Shown: positions 15,388-24,475 of the stretch, piece after piece
Layout: each line of letters begins with the position of its first letter
Numbering within the stretch: position 1 is the first letter of the stretch
Origin: a virus
Lineage: Duplodnaviria > Caudoviricetes
Reading direction: 5' to 3' (one strand)
Virus record (IMG/VR): IMGVR_UViG_3300006029_000037
Span: 1-31,943 of that record
Length of the DNA: 31,943 nucleotides
Position numbers and translations under genes: made by a program
The notes under the pieces: generated by a model
What the model was told of the DNA's origin: nothing
Seen by the model: the letters and a program-made list of their open reading frames with translations, nothing else
Databases searched by the model: none

Positions 15388-17462
15388 TAGCCACCTCCAG
15401 AGTAAACTGTCTGCATATAGTCAGGTACATACCTAGACATAGACTCTTCAATAGTCTGTCTTACTGTTTCTGGATCGCCATTAATATTATAATGGTTAGT
15501 GACAGTAGCACCTCCTGTGATCTCCCTTGCCCTACGGCGACCTTCTTCTATATTTCTATCCTGTTCCTTGTTGAAAGGGGATTTTATATCATCCATAAAG
15601 AAGCCCGCTGGGGTAAGGTTTCTTAACGCTCCTATTCCTGCTGATTTTGCAAGATCCCCAAACTCAAGGTTGGCAAGTATCTGGAAATAACCTACCATCC
15701 TTTTCAGATATCCTACTACTTTATTGAACCTTCCTTCAAGACGTAGCATACCTCGTAGCCAAAAATTAGTAAGACCTCCAGATTTCTTTATCTCTTCGTT
15801 AGCTTTCGCCTGTTCTTCAGTGAAGGTTTTAGCTGCTTCTATTAAGTCGTCGTAGTTCTTCCTACTTTCATAGTCAAATATACTAATAGCTAACTCTACA
15901 GCTAGTAAAGGCCATAATGCTCTCATCAAAGACTTAACAGATGTTGTCAAGACTTTCACACCTTTAGAAGCACCTTTTGCTCCAGTACCTACACCTAGTA
16001 AAGAAGACGCGGCTCCTAGGGAGCCTGTAACTATACCCCAAAGTGCCTTAGTTGTAGTTGCAAGTGCTGGAACAAACCTCATTAAGAGTATAGTGATCAA
16101 CCCTCTAATAGCCATGTGCAGACCTTCGCCTTCACTCATACCTAGAGCCATACCTAGCTTATCAATCATTCTAAAAGGGATAGCTACTGCCTCTGCTACT
16201 ACTTTAAGGGCAAAAGCTAAACCTTGCAAAGCAGGAGTGACAGCTAAGATTACTTCACGTATACCTTGGAAGGCAGTTTTAAATACATCTTCTAACCCGC
16301 CTTTAGACACTTTCTCTACAGCCTTGTTTGCTGCATTTACCATCCTGTTTTCTACTGCTGTGATAGACTGCATATACTCTTCTAGTGCGCCAGAGGACTT
16401 ACCCTGATCACTCAGTATTGCTGCTACTATCTTAGTAAACTCTTTAGCATCTACTCCAGCAGTTTTAATAGTATCTTTAAAACTCTTCTTATTCTTATCT
16501 AGGTGATCTTTACCAGACACACCCATTACTTCTAATGCTTTAACTGCTGCACCAGAGAATGCCGGTACTTGGTCAACAATCTGGTTTATCTCTTGTGCCT
16601 GTACTACTGTTCCAGATATCATCTGTCTGAAACCTAAGAAGGCAAGTTTAGCTGACTCTGCATTAGTACCCGCAGATGCCAAGCCTTCTGATATCTTGAT
16701 AAAGACATCTTTAGCTTCCTCTGGATCTACGCCCCCACTGATAGCACCAACGTTAAACGTTGCAAAAGCTTTAGCTGTGTCTTTGTAACGTAGTCCTAAC
16801 CTTTCAGTTAAGTCTCCTACAAATATCAAATCCTTTGCAGCCTTCTTAGCATTACCAGAGGAGAGTAAAGATGCAACACCTATATTCTCCATCTCTGCTG
16901 CTACATTCTTTAACTGGATAATACCAGCACCTATAGCAAACACAGATATCCAACTACGTCCTAAGTTCTTCAAAGAAGATGTTAAACCGTTTGCAGCGAA
17001 CTTAGTAGCATTAAACTTTCTAGCTAATGTGTTAGTACTTTTAGACATACTATTTATTTGATTCTTAGTATCTCGTAATGTCTTCTTATAACTTATGAAA
17101 GCTTTGTCTGTAGTCTTAGTAGAGTTCTTAAGACCATCTTCTGCTACTTTAAGACGTTTAACAGCAGCCTCTAGTGCCATTATCTTACTTCTAGCTTCTT
17201 CAGAGCCTACCTTCCTCAGTGCCTCTATTTGCTGTTTAGCTTTAAGATTTGTAGCATCTAAGTTAGCCAATCCTCTATCTCTCTCCCCTTGACTTATAGC
17301 AGATGAAGGGGGGCGTGAAGTGCTGTTGGAGGTGGTAGAGGATGCTGTGCTATCAAAAGGACTTTTTAATTTCCTAAACCTACGTTCGATATCTTCAAAC
17401 CCTTTATTAACGGCTGTCATATCAAACCCTAGTTTCAAGGTGTGATCATCTAGTGCTATCAT
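15387..17462 (-). CDS. tape measure protein
   Basis: 691 aa, helical, A/K-rich. Tape_meas-like QMIS.G.VQAQEINQI.DQVP motif. Follows the chaperone genes. Confidence 0.88.
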   Translation of the reverse strand: MIALDDHTLKLGFDMTAVNKGFEDIERRFRKLKSPFDSTASSTTSNSTSRPPSSAISQGERDRGLANLDATNLKAKQQIEALRKVGSEEARSKIMALEAAVKRLKVAEDGLKNSTKTTDKAFISYKKTLRDTKNQINSMSKSTNTLARKFNATKFAANGLTSSLKNLGRSWISVFAIGAGIIQLKNVAAEMENIGVASLLSSGNAKKAAKDLIFVGDLTERLGLRYKDTAKAFATFNVGAISGGVDPEEAKDVFIKISEGLASAGTNAESAKLAFLGFRQMISGTVVQAQEINQIVDQVPAFSGAAVKALEVMGVSGKDHLDKNKKSFKDTIKTAGVDAKEFTKIVAAILSDQGKSSGALEEYMQSITAVENRMVNAANKAVEKVSKGGLEDVFKTAFQGIREVILAVTPALQGLAFALKVVAEAVAIPFRMIDKLGMALGMSEGEGLHMAIRGLITILLMRFVPALATTTKALWGIVTGSLGAASSLLGVGTGAKGASKGVKVLTTSVKSLMRALWPLLAVELAISIFDYESRKNYDDLIEAAKTFTEEQAKANEEIKKSGGLTNFWLRGMLRLEGRFNKVVGYLKRMVGYFQILANLEFGDLAKSAGIGALRNLTPAGFFMDDIKSPFNKEQDRNIEEGRRRAREITGGATVTNHYNINGDPETVRQTIEESMSRYVPDYMQTVYSGGG

Positions 17463-17476
17463 TATCTATACCGCTC

Positions 17477-17812
17477 CTAATTTGATTGCTTATCTTTAAC
17501 CTTTTGGTCTAGAAATTTAGATTCCTCGTAAGCTTCTAAGACATCTATATACTGCTCTAACTCAAGTATTTGTTTCAGAGTCTTATTGTTTTCAAGTATC
17601 TCTACAGACTGCTCTGCCCTTGGGCAGTATTTATTAGTAGCTAACATAAGGAAAAACCTACTCTCATGCGAGAGAGAGCAAGTTTCTTCTACTCTTTTGG
17701 AGATAGCTCTGAACTCTCTACCTGCTTGTTCTGTGGATTCGTCATTTCTTGAAACTTTGTAAGGATTTCTGAAGTATCTATCCCCTTCGCCTTGAGAAAT
17801 CCTGTCAAAAAA
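17477..17812 (-). CDS. tail assembly chaperone, -1 frameshifted C-terminal extension (GT/E'-like)
   Basis: Open -1 frame entered at T-TTT-TTG (17812-17806), ending at TAG 17477 just upstream of the TMP. No convincing RBS of its own was seen. Confidence 0.7.
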   Translation of the reverse strand, partial: FFDRISQGEGDRYFRNPYKVSRNDESTEQAGREFRAISKRVEETCSLSHESRFFLMLATNKYCPRAEQSVEILENNKTLKQILELEQYIDVLEAYEESKFLDQKVKDKQSN

Positions 17813-18189
17813 TCCCCAAAGTTCTCCTGTAATGCCCACTGAACTACAGCAATAAGCTCTCCGTAGTTACCCCTGAAGTGTTCATCAAAGTCTACTAGCT
17901 TGCCATCTACAGTCAGGTTTCTGACTATCTGTACAACAACATCTACTACGTCTACTCTGTCTAGACCATCTACTAGGGCAATAGCAATATCTCGCCCCAT
18001 GTTATCCATCTTGTAGTTGTCATCGTCATCACTAAAACTTCCTGAATCAAAAGCTGTACCTAATGAGACACCTACTAACTTGGTTAATTTAATACCTAAC
18101 GTCAGACCTTCTCGCGCAGGTAGTAATGTAATTTGGTAGTTCTTTCCGTTTATACTTTTATTGGTTACACCAATGTTTAAAACTGACAT
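17689..18189 (-). CDS. tail assembly chaperone
   Basis: Start moved to ATG 18189 (AGGAGGAG RBS). I.GK.Y.I..LPA...FDEHF.G.YG.L..V....L.ENFGDF pattern. Lies between the tube and TMP genes. Confidence 0.82.
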   Translation of the reverse strand: MSVLNIGVTNKSINGKNYQITLLPAREGLTLGIKLTKLVGVSLGTAFDSGSFSDDDDNYKMDNMGRDIAIALVDGLDRVDVVDVVVQIVRNLTVDGKLVDFDEHFRGNYGELIAVVQWALQENFGDFLTGFLKAKGIDTSEILTKFQEMTNPQNKQVESSELSPKE

Positions 18190-18204
18190 ATATATTCTCC
18201 TCCT

Positions 18205-18234
18205 AATGAACACCTATACGCACAGGTGTTCATT
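18205..18234 (-). promoter_or_regulatory. 11-bp perfect inverted repeat (mRNA hairpin) between the tube and chaperone genes
   Basis: AATGAACACCT / AGGTGTTCATT with an 8-nt loop and no U-tract. Confidence 0.55.
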
Positions 18235-18245
18235 CCTCTTAATAA

Positions 18246-18743
18246 TTAAACAGTAGCAGCTACAGTCTCTAATGCTGCTGAAATATCTGCTAAGACACCT
18301 AATGTATCTGTCGCGCCCTCTGGTACAGATAAAAACTTATACTCTTCTACAAATAAAGTCCAAGTTCTATCCTGTCTCTCAGAAGCACCTACCAAAGTAG
18401 GGCCACCTTGAATATGGACTCTGCTGAACTTAGCAATAGCACCACCAGATGGATCTTTATATGTAAATGCACCTCTGTACAATTTCTTATTTAAACGTTG
18501 AAGCTCGATGACACCAGATAGTAAAATGTTAATTGGTGCATTCTGATCTACTGTCAACTCTACTGTACCTGTCTCATCTGGACTGATACTCGTACCTACT
18601 GAGCCATCAGCACCTACCTTACTAGATGTAAAGTCTGAACTTTGACTAGCACTCATAAACGTTTCAGCTAAACCATCTACTGCTTTACCCATGAATGCAA
18701 CTTGTACATACCTACTTCCATAATCTTCTAATTGTGTTGCCAT
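18246..18743 (-). CDS. tail tube protein (DUF3277-like)
   Basis: VGADG.......D.TGTVELT..Q..P.N..LS...RTW motif. Follows the sheath gene. Confidence 0.85.
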   Translation of the reverse strand: MATQLEDYGSRYVQVAFMGKAVDGLAETFMSASQSSDFTSSKVGADGSVGTSISPDETGTVELTVDQNAPINILLSGVIELQRLNKKLYRGAFTYKDPSGGAIAKFSRVHIQGGPTLVGASERQDRTWTLFVEEYKFLSVPEGATDTLGVLADISAALETVAATV

Positions 18744-18756
18744 GTTTTATTATTCC

Positions 18757-20109
18757 TTAAGGTTGAGCATCATAAGTTAAGCTGCCAGTGATTTTCACTG
18801 TTTGGATAGCACCTGATAGGTAAGCTGTAAATGCACCAGCGAAGTCTTGTGCTGCAACATCTCCAAAACTAATATCTTTACGTTCAGGGAAATTAATCAC
18901 ATAAGGATTATTTTTCTGTAAGATATTAGGTTGTGTATCTGTCTCTACATATCTGTCTAATACAGATGTTAATACATTCTCAAGGTCTACTATCCCTGAA
19001 TCTGTGTAAGGTACAATAGGTCTATTAATCTGGTAGGTTTGATATGCCTCTGTGATACGAGCATCTAAGAAATCTCTGTTTCTTATCAAATCTACGAAGA
19101 ATGTAGCACTACCTGATACACTACCTCTACGTGTAATAGGGATGCCACCTACAACCTCAGTCCAAGATGAGTTCTTATCTTTAAGATTACTCTTGTTTGT
19201 TGCAGATAAGTAATTACCAGTTAGAGGGTTCTTAGCTGCTGAACTCTTAATGATATTATTAGATACAGCTTTTTTACCTGCATCTGCTGGAGCTAGGATA
19301 GATATGTATTCCATCTCTGGGAATAGTGTATCTGCTTCATGGTGAAACCAATGAGATGTACGGAATCTGGCATTCTGTTTTAGTAATGAAGGAATGTCTG
19401 TAGCACTCTCTGAGTACACACCTAGATCGGCTTGGTTCTGAGTAGATACCCAGTACTGCTTCTCTCTCGCTTCTATATCTAAAGATAAAGCCATTACAAA
19501 TGCAGACTCATGATCATTACAAGCTACAAAGTAGAAGTCATTATCAGCATCTACAATAGTCGCCATAATGTCAGCAGCAGTCTGAGTAGTTACAGTGACA
19601 TAAGTTTGTCTGGCTACATCTGTTACTGCATAAGCATCTACACCTGATTTAGCTAGTGTAATGCTGCCTGTGTTATCTGTTACTGTTACACCTGTAGGAC
19701 TTCCTAGAGCTGTAATCAAAGCATCTGTTACATTAGTAGCTGTCTCTGAACCTGTAGAGGTAACGAAAGTAGCTGTAGTAGTTACATCTGCTGTATCCAA
19801 TACTTCTAGTGTATAAACTTGACCAACTGCTGTTACAGCTTCAGGGGTGAATGTAATACTATCTACTTCACGTCTACCCACCTTAACAACACTAGGATCA
19901 ATGTCTTGAGAGAATGCTTGTTGCATAGCCGCATAGACATTTGAACTTGTTGGGATATCATCTGCTACTTGAGAAAAGCTAGAGTATTGACGTGTTTGTT
20001 CTTTAAACCATACATGGTCTGCGATAAACAAAGGGATTCCGAAGGATGCCCTAGATACTGCTGAAACATCCAGTGAGATGTTTACTGTGGTGATTTCTTG
20101 ATAAGCCAA
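18757..20109 (-). CDS. tail sheath protein (DUF3383-like)
   Basis: I..VNISL......SFGIPLF start, FVD.IR..DFL, VPYTD.G, LSGAI..V.I.G C-terminus. TTG start with AAGGAG. Confidence 0.88.
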   Translation of the reverse strand: MAYQEITTVNISLDVSAVSRASFGIPLFIADHVWFKEQTRQYSSFSQVADDIPTSSNVYAAMQQAFSQDIDPSVVKVGRREVDSITFTPEAVTAVGQVYTLEVLDTADVTTTATFVTSTGSETATNVTDALITALGSPTGVTVTDNTGSITLAKSGVDAYAVTDVARQTYVTVTTQTAADIMATIVDADNDFYFVACNDHESAFVMALSLDIEAREKQYWVSTQNQADLGVYSESATDIPSLLKQNARFRTSHWFHHEADTLFPEMEYISILAPADAGKKAVSNNIIKSSAAKNPLTGNYLSATNKSNLKDKNSSWTEVVGGIPITRRGSVSGSATFFVDLIRNRDFLDARITEAYQTYQINRPIVPYTDSGIVDLENVLTSVLDRYVETDTQPNILQKNNPYVINFPERKDISFGDVAAQDFAGAFTAYLSGAIQTVKITGSLTYDAQP

Positions 20110-20142
20110 GATTATTTCTCCTTTAAGAAATTTTATTAATTA

Positions 20143-20718
20143 CTATGGTACTGGAACGACTACATCTAAATCTAATGTACTATCATCTGTATTAGTTAAA
20201 TCCCCGTTTAGGTTTATATTTGCTATAAGCCCTGTCTCTACATCTACAACAATATCTGTCATAGTTAGAGAGAGATTAAATGCTGCAACCTCTAAGTATC
20301 TGCTGGAAAGCTTTTCTGGTAGAGATGAAACTGCAAATACATCTTCTATCTTGCCACTTGTCCCCACCTCTACATCGTTTAAGACTCTATCCACTCTGAA
20401 CTTACCTTTAAGAGAGTGTGCTATAGATAGTGAGTCTGGGCCATACACTGTATATTGAAACAGTATTCTATAGTAGGAGGCAACCCAAGGTTCTCCAGCG
20501 TCATTAACACCTTGAGATATTCGCCAACTGCCTGAATCATCTATTGTTATAATATCTACAGCAATATATGGGTAACTCGGAGTAGTCTGTGTATCCCTTG
20601 CTAATATAACAGCAGGGACATCTGCACCAGACTTCCTAACAGTACTAAGCTGGCTCCCTACCTCTTTAGCTGCAATATCGACAAATGTATTAGTTATTGC
20701 TGTTATATCTAATGCCAT
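20143..20718 (-). CDS. tail terminator / neck protein
   Basis: 191 aa, PSYPYI motif, directly upstream of the sheath gene. Confidence 0.7.
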   Translation of the reverse strand: MALDITAITNTFVDIAAKEVGSQLSTVRKSGADVPAVILARDTQTTPSYPYIAVDIITIDDSGSWRISQGVNDAGEPWVASYYRILFQYTVYGPDSLSIAHSLKGKFRVDRVLNDVEVGTSGKIEDVFAVSSLPEKLSSRYLEVAAFNLSLTMTDIVVDVETGLIANINLNGDLTNTDDSTLDLDVVVPVP

Positions 20719-21099
20719 TTATGATTGCCTCTGTTGAGAGAGTTTATCTTCTCTGATGAAGATAGATTCGTAATGGTCTGCATTAGAACCATGTCTAGCC
20801 CAGTTAGCTACATTATCTGCTATGTAATACCTAGAATCTATTAAGACTCGATCCGCTTTGGTATCCTCAAACTGATCTGCCTCTTTGACAGGTGTTGATC
20901 CTATTAGAATAAGAGCATCAGAAGTTTTAATACCTTCTGGTAGTTGGTACTCTTTGCTCCCTTTCTGGTAGGGTTGTATGCTAAATAGTCCACCACTTAC
21001 TAATACTGGTGGGTTATCTATATACTTGTTATCACTATTTAGTTCACCTCCCGTACTCCTCTCTAGTGTAAGAGGGGTTTGCATAATACGTGATCTCAT
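20719..21099 (-). CDS. head closure / head-tail joining protein
   Basis: SIQP......LPEG...AD.V.ID...Y.....W......HY pattern typical of this neck family. Confidence 0.75.
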   Translation of the reverse strand: MRSRIMQTPLTLERSTGGELNSDNKYIDNPPVLVSGGLFSIQPYQKGSKEYQLPEGIKTSDALILIGSTPVKEADQFEDTKADRVLIDSRYYIADNVANWARHGSNADHYESIFIREDKLSQQRQS

Positions 21100-21599
21100 T
21101 ACATTCCTACCTCGTCTACTTTATTATTAACGGAAGATTTAAAGGCTGTAGCAGATTGAAGTTCGCCTGTATCTAATAGAGGGGTACTGTTATTACCCAC
21201 TACAGGCATTAAGTATCCTGCCCTACCAAATGTATTAGCATACTCATCTCTCAGCACTGTACCTAACTCTACAAGGAAAGCCTCACTTGCCTTGCCTGTA
21301 GTCAGACTCTTAGACCACTTCCTATATACAGCCTTAACTTTAGGATTCTTTAGGAAGCCTTTATTCTTAATCTGGTTGTGACTGAAGGCGGCTAAAGGAT
21401 TCTTAACAACACCTTCTTGTACAGCTCCATGCGCCCACAACTCTAACAAGTCTGGATAAGTTAAGTCTGAATCACTACTATGCTTACCACTAGATGCAAA
21501 ATGACCAACCTGTAGGTTATTGTTCTGTAGGGTATTAAGACTCTTTAGAAGCTTGTCTATTTTTCCGTTTTTCTTTCTTGTTACTTTCGCTTTTAACAT
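21099..21599 (-). CDS. neck / tail completion protein (HK97 gp10-like)
   Basis: VG.F...H and PLLDTGEL..A motifs. ATG 21599 preceded by GAGG. Confidence 0.75.
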   Translation of the reverse strand: MLKAKVTRKKNGKIDKLLKSLNTLQNNNLQVGHFASSGKHSSDSDLTYPDLLELWAHGAVQEGVVKNPLAAFSHNQIKNKGFLKNPKVKAVYRKWSKSLTTGKASEAFLVELGTVLRDEYANTFGRAGYLMPVVGNNSTPLLDTGELQSATAFKSSVNNKVDEVGM

Positions 21600-21696
21600 T
21601 GACAACCTCTTTAACTGAGGCTACCTCTTTGTCTAAGGTAATCTCTCTGTCTTCGATGACATTGCCATCTTTATCTTTAACTACTCTCTTTATCAA
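21535..21696 (-). CDS. 53-aa charged hypothetical protein (not in the ORF track)
   Basis: AGGAG RBS then TTG. Translation MIKRVVKDKDGNVIEDREITLDKEVASVKEVVNVKSESNKKEKRKNRQASKES. Fills the gap between two structural genes. Confidence 0.55.
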   Translation of the reverse strand: MIKRVVKDKDGNVIEDREITLDKEVASVKEVVNVKSESNKKEKRKNRQASKES

Positions 21697-21706
21697 AGGT
21701 ATTCTC

Positions 21707-22135
21707 CTATAATGTTAAGTTGTTAGTAGTGCAAGTATCTACAACTACAGCCTCAGCCTTTATTGCTTGTATTCCAAAGGTTGTAGGTAAGTTATAACCA
21801 CCTTTAGGTAAGTAGGGGCAAATATCTGATAAAGAGTTTAAGAAGTCTTTCCAGACGGATGTACCATTCTTATCTGAGTACTTATACCTTACATTACCCA
21901 CTTCTTCTTCTATGATAGATGCTGAATCAACAGAGTACTTAGTGTTGTTCATCAGCCCAGCCACTTTAAGACTCTTACATAAAGCCTCTGCATAGTAGAT
22001 TTCATCATCTTCTGGTATATGGTTATCTACTACATTATTTATAATAGATGTAAGCTGAGGTGTAGGTAATGCGTTCTGATCTGGGAGGTAAGTAACTAGG
22101 TCACTTAGTAACTCCGTTCTGTTTATTATTGCCAT
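21707..22135 (-). CDS. head-tail adaptor-like protein
   Basis: Helical N-terminus, then SIIEEEVGNVRYKYS (the EKVG.V...Y-type adaptor motif). Follows the MCP gene. Confidence 0.7.
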   Translation of the reverse strand: MAIINRTELLSDLVTYLPDQNALPTPQLTSIINNVVDNHIPEDDEIYYAEALCKSLKVAGLMNNTKYSVDSASIIEEEVGNVRYKYSDKNGTSVWKDFLNSLSDICPYLPKGGYNLPTTFGIQAIKAEAVVVDTCTTNNLTL

Positions 22136-22184
22136 AGTTAAACCCTTAATGTTTTATAATAAACACTTGTATAAAATATTTATT

Positions 22185-22211
22185 ATAAAACAGGCCACTT
22201 CCTTGTGGCCT
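22185..22211 (-). terminator. rho-independent terminator after MCP
   Basis: AGGCCAC-AAGGAA-GTGGCCT followed by GTTTTAT on the - strand, shortly after the MCP stop. Confidence 0.7.
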
Positions 22212-22228
22212 AAATCATCTAATACTTA

Positions 22229-23329
22229 TTAGGTAGAAGAAACAACAGGGAATACCAACTTAGCATTCCGATTCATATAGAGGTTGTTTGACTCTTCCCA
22301 TAAGGTAACACCACGACGATTATGCTCTTCCATAAACGCGTACTTCTTCATACCCATAGTGTTTACGTGATCCATAGTCTGTGAAGGACTATAAACAGTA
22401 GCAAAAGTATTCTCAGCACCTACAGGTAGCAAGTAACCTTTGTTAGTACCGCCCATTAGAGAGATACCACCAATGCTGTCTGCCATACGGATGTAAGTAA
22501 CACCTGTTAATGTAGAAGTGAAGTGTCTACGCTGGAATACCATTTCATCAGCAGAGAAACCGCCTCTGTCGCCAGCTAAAGATCGTAGGTCTAAAGTAAG
22601 AGGAGTGTTAACGCCCATTACGCCCATAGCTTTAGTTTGTTCATAATCAAACAACTTGTCATACAAGTCGCCACTACATAACATAACTAATGCAGTGTAA
22701 GTAGTGTTAGCTTTAGCACACTCTTGTTGTAACTTATCTACTAGATCATTGATGATCTTCTCAGCAGTAGTACCACCAAGTAATAGGTCAGTTGCAGCAT
22801 AACCTAAGTTTGCACGTGTATCACCATATACATCTTCAAAGAAGTTATAAGACTTAGATGCACCACCAAATACAGAGTTAGTATCTGAGTTTAGTACAGA
22901 AGCTAAGGCTAGTTCGTTGTGATCTACCCAAGAGCGTTCCATCTTACGAGACATTTCGTTAACACGTTCTGCAAGAGTGTAGACTTCATTAGTAAATGGC
23001 TTACGTTTACCAGATACATCTGCTGGAGAAGCATTAGCACTAATACCATAAGAACCTGTACGGAATAGTTTCTCTAAAGCGTTATCTTTACTTACTCTAG
23101 CTCCACCAACTTCATCAAAACGCTTACCAACTGGTAGTTGTACTGTCTCTACCAATTCGTCATAGCTTAGTTTATCAGTAGTTACTGAGAACTCATTCAT
23201 AGTACCGCCAAGCAAGGCTTGTAAGAAGCCTGTCTTAACAGAAGAACTGCGTGTAATACCTTCTGTTACATCCTGCAATTCAAAAGAATTGAAGCCTGAA
23301 CGTACTGCTTTATCAATAGGTGTAATCAT
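22229..23329 (-). CDS. major capsid protein
   Basis: 366 aa directly after the scaffold and decoration genes and followed by a terminator. The C-terminal ESN.L...RN..LV pattern resembles phage capsid E-type MCPs. Confidence 0.85.
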   Translation of the reverse strand: MITPIDKAVRSGFNSFELQDVTEGITRSSSVKTGFLQALLGGTMNEFSVTTDKLSYDELVETVQLPVGKRFDEVGGARVSKDNALEKLFRTGSYGISANASPADVSGKRKPFTNEVYTLAERVNEMSRKMERSWVDHNELALASVLNSDTNSVFGGASKSYNFFEDVYGDTRANLGYAATDLLLGGTTAEKIINDLVDKLQQECAKANTTYTALVMLCSGDLYDKLFDYEQTKAMGVMGVNTPLTLDLRSLAGDRGGFSADEMVFQRRHFTSTLTGVTYIRMADSIGGISLMGGTNKGYLLPVGAENTFATVYSPSQTMDHVNTMGMKKYAFMEEHNRRGVTLWEESNNLYMNRNAKLVFPVVSST

Positions 23330-23345
23330 TTTTATTCAATCCCTC

Positions 23346-23831
23346 TTATACTAAGTATGAAGCAGCGGCATCAGCAGCTAGTTCGGTAGTTGTAATACGT
23401 TGAGCTTCTAGTTGTGCTAAGAAAGCAGTTTGTGCGCCTGCATCAGCACCATTCCAGATAATACCTTCTTCTAGGACAGCAGCATCGCCGCGATACAAAA
23501 CAGTCATCTTAGGAGCAGTGCCGCCTAGATCAGTGTCTTCGTCGTTGAAGCCTTTACCTTGATAGTTACCAACACTTAGAGCAATGACAGAGCCATCTTT
23601 AAGTGGTGATCCACCTGTTGCAATAACTGTTGCAATAACTTGTGCTACGTAAGGCTCAAACTCTGATGTGGCATTATTCCAAATCATAGCAACGCCAATA
23701 TTGTCTACTGAACCTGATGCACCTACGTCTACTGTTGCATAGTTAAAGTCAATTGCATTATCCATCGCAAAACTATCTTCTGCTGCAATCAAAGTAGTTA
23801 ATAGTTTTCTGCTTGTAGAAACTGTTGGCAT
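23346..23831 (-). CDS. head decoration protein
   Basis: 161 aa between scaffold and MCP, with a VLYRGDA.V motif. Confidence 0.7.
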   Translation of the reverse strand: MPTVSTSRKLLTTLIAAEDSFAMDNAIDFNYATVDVGASGSVDNIGVAMIWNNATSEFEPYVAQVIATVIATGGSPLKDGSVIALSVGNYQGKGFNDEDTDLGGTAPKMTVLYRGDAAVLEEGIIWNGADAGAQTAFLAQLEAQRITTTELAADAAASYLV

Positions 23832-24475
23832 TATTTATTCTCCTTGTTTAATTCTTTAAGTTGTGCATTCAAATCTTTAGGATCTACTGCTTTCTCAATC
23901 TCAGCTTCTCCATCTGCACCTACCTCTGCATGTTGTGCGTCAACATCTGTCTTAAGTTCTAAAGACTTAGTGATAACTTCTTTAGCTGCAAAGATATCTC
24001 CAAATGCTTTAATTAGAACTTCACGCTCTAACACTTCTACACCTTGTAGGGCTTTGACTACAGCTTCAGATTCAGAGAATTGATACTTCTCAATGTCCGA
24101 CTCTAGTTGCTTAGTCTCTACGTCTTGCTTTTCTTGTTTAAGAACTGCAATTTCATCTAAAGCTTTTTGCAAAGCAATTTTATCTTCTGACATTTCGTTT
24201 CCTTTTGTCAAGTTGTCTTCCCCTGCATCACTCTTGACAGAGGAGAGGGAGTTGGTATCACTAAGTTGCTTTTGCAACGGAGTAAATTCTTCACCATACT
24301 TTTCTAGTAAGGCTAATTGTTCTTTAGTTAAATCTTCTTTACGTGTCTCTCTATTCTTATATAGAATAGTTTCCATACCTGATGCTGCAAAACCTTGAGA
24401 TTCATCTGTCATTGATATTTCAGATATATCTAAGTCATAGAGACTCGCCTTTGCTTTACCGTTTGATTCACTCAT
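23831..24475 (-). CDS. capsid scaffolding protein
   Basis: Start moved to ATG 24475 (GGAG RBS, 8-bp overlap with the protease gene). E/K-rich helical sequence, N-terminal L.DL.ISEIS motif. Confidence 0.75.
   Translation of the reverse strand: MSESNGKAKASLYDLDISEISMTDESQGFAASGMETILYKNRETRKEDLTKEQLALLEKYGEEFTPLQKQLSDTNSLSSVKSDAGEDNLTKGNEMSEDKIALQKALDEIAVLKQEKQDVETKQLESDIEKYQFSESEAVVKALQGVEVLEREVLIKAFGDIFAAKEVITKSLELKTDVDAQHAEVGADGEAEIEKAVDPKDLNAQLKELNKENK

Noticed and set aside
23615-23640. 12-bp tandem duplication (VIATVIAT) in the decoration gene
   Set aside because: A simple in-frame microduplication with no evidence of function.
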